Below, in pieces: positions 63,385-64,000 of a stretch of DNA of 64,000 nt. Position 1 is the stretch's first letter. Each line of letters starts with the position of its first letter. The stretch comes from Takakia lepidozioides (taxonomy: Eukaryota > Plantae > Bryophyta). The stretch spans positions 38,502,001 to 38,566,000 of the forward strand of contig CM060733.1 of the NCBI GenBank assembly GCA_030704615.1, in the 5' to 3' direction. Made by a program: the position numbers and the translations under genes. The notes under the pieces are model-generated. The model worked only from the letters and a program-made list of their open reading frames with translations, made no database searches and was not told where the DNA came from.

Positions 63385-63690
63385 TAAGAGCAGATCAGCC
63401 CCTTACCTTCTCTTCTAGCTCTCCAAAGCTTAAAGATGGAGGCCTAACTAGGCTGAATGCATGCTCCACACATGCCCTACAAGGGAACCAACTCCTTCAT
63501 TCCTTTCTTGCACTCCCAAACCTGAAAATGCAAGCCTTCAACGGGCTGAAAGCATGCTCCACACATGCGTTGCCCTCACATAAGAGAAGTCAGCCCTTCC
63601 CTCTTCCTTGCTTGCCCTCCAAGCTTGAAGATGGAAGCTTCAATGGGCTGCATGCATGCTCCACACATGCATCCTCTTCACACAAGAGGT
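63385..63690. repeat. Three ~97-bp tandem units in the Gypsy leader
   Basis: ...GGCTG...GCATGCTCCACACATGC recurs at ~63460, 63553 and 63654. Confidence 0.75.
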
Positions 63691-64000
63691 AATATTAGCC
63701 CCCTATCTTGGCTCCTTGGCTCCTTGATGCTCTCTAAGACAAGACTAAGCACTCCACAGCCTTTGTCAAGCTCCTGAAACCCTAAGGCTTACATTTCCAG
63801 CCACAAGACACTCCTCTTGTGGTGCAAGAGCTCTTCTTCCAAGCTCTGAAACCCTAGGTGCACATTCCATGGCCTTGCCGCACCTCTTAGCTCCTGTTCT
63901 AGCCCTGCTCTTGCCATGACAAGAGCCCTCTCAATGCTGAAGCTCGAGATTGAAACCCAATCTCAATATACTCCACAACGTGCACTGATTTGCCCCAAGC

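Larger units (their letters stand above)
55924..64000 (-). mobile_element. Non-chromovirus Ty3/Gypsy (Phygy-like) element carrying a C5-DNA-methyltransferase domain; partial 3' LTR 55924-56232; 5' end outside window
   Basis: Order on the minus strand: gag with CWTCGGPH knuckle, C5-MTase, RT (RRMCGDYRPVN, YIDD), RNase H (LHTDWS, YEGECLA), integrase (CMVC, WSLDFAGP, LTDQG, GLAER). Confidence 0.92.

Overview
Nuclear DNA of a non-seed land plant, probably a bryophyte (inferred from GT-AG introns, a PLS-class PPR, and Tcn1-like and Phygy-like retroelements). The window is mostly nested transposons around one apparently intact host gene (KCR, 35383-37918, minus) and two host-gene remnants (a CCX exchanger 5' fragment and a PLS-E+/DYW PPR). 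The main discovery is two strongly diverged copies (A ~640-12196, B ~16833-26550) of one large Mutator-like DNA transposon. Each has a GCM-like/DDE/SWIM transposase head-to-head with a multi-exon cargo gene. The cargo protein joins a ParB/Srx-like domain (DGNHR) to a beta-class N4C/N6A DNA-methyltransferase fold with an unusual DIPD in place of DPPY. Each copy also carries its own array of 16-28 bp palindromes sharing a TCGGYRCCGA core. Copy A is inserted into a Ty3/Gypsy family whose other member (55924-64000) carries a C5-cytosine methyltransferase domain between gag and RT. Also present: a 2-kb non-autonomous MULE with a 9-bp TSD, a Copia element with non-canonical termini, a probably self-priming chromovirus inserted into that Copia's PBS, LINE fragments and another chromovirus remnant. 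Domain calls come from motif recognition by eye, not from database searches. Many TE frameshifts may be assembly indels.
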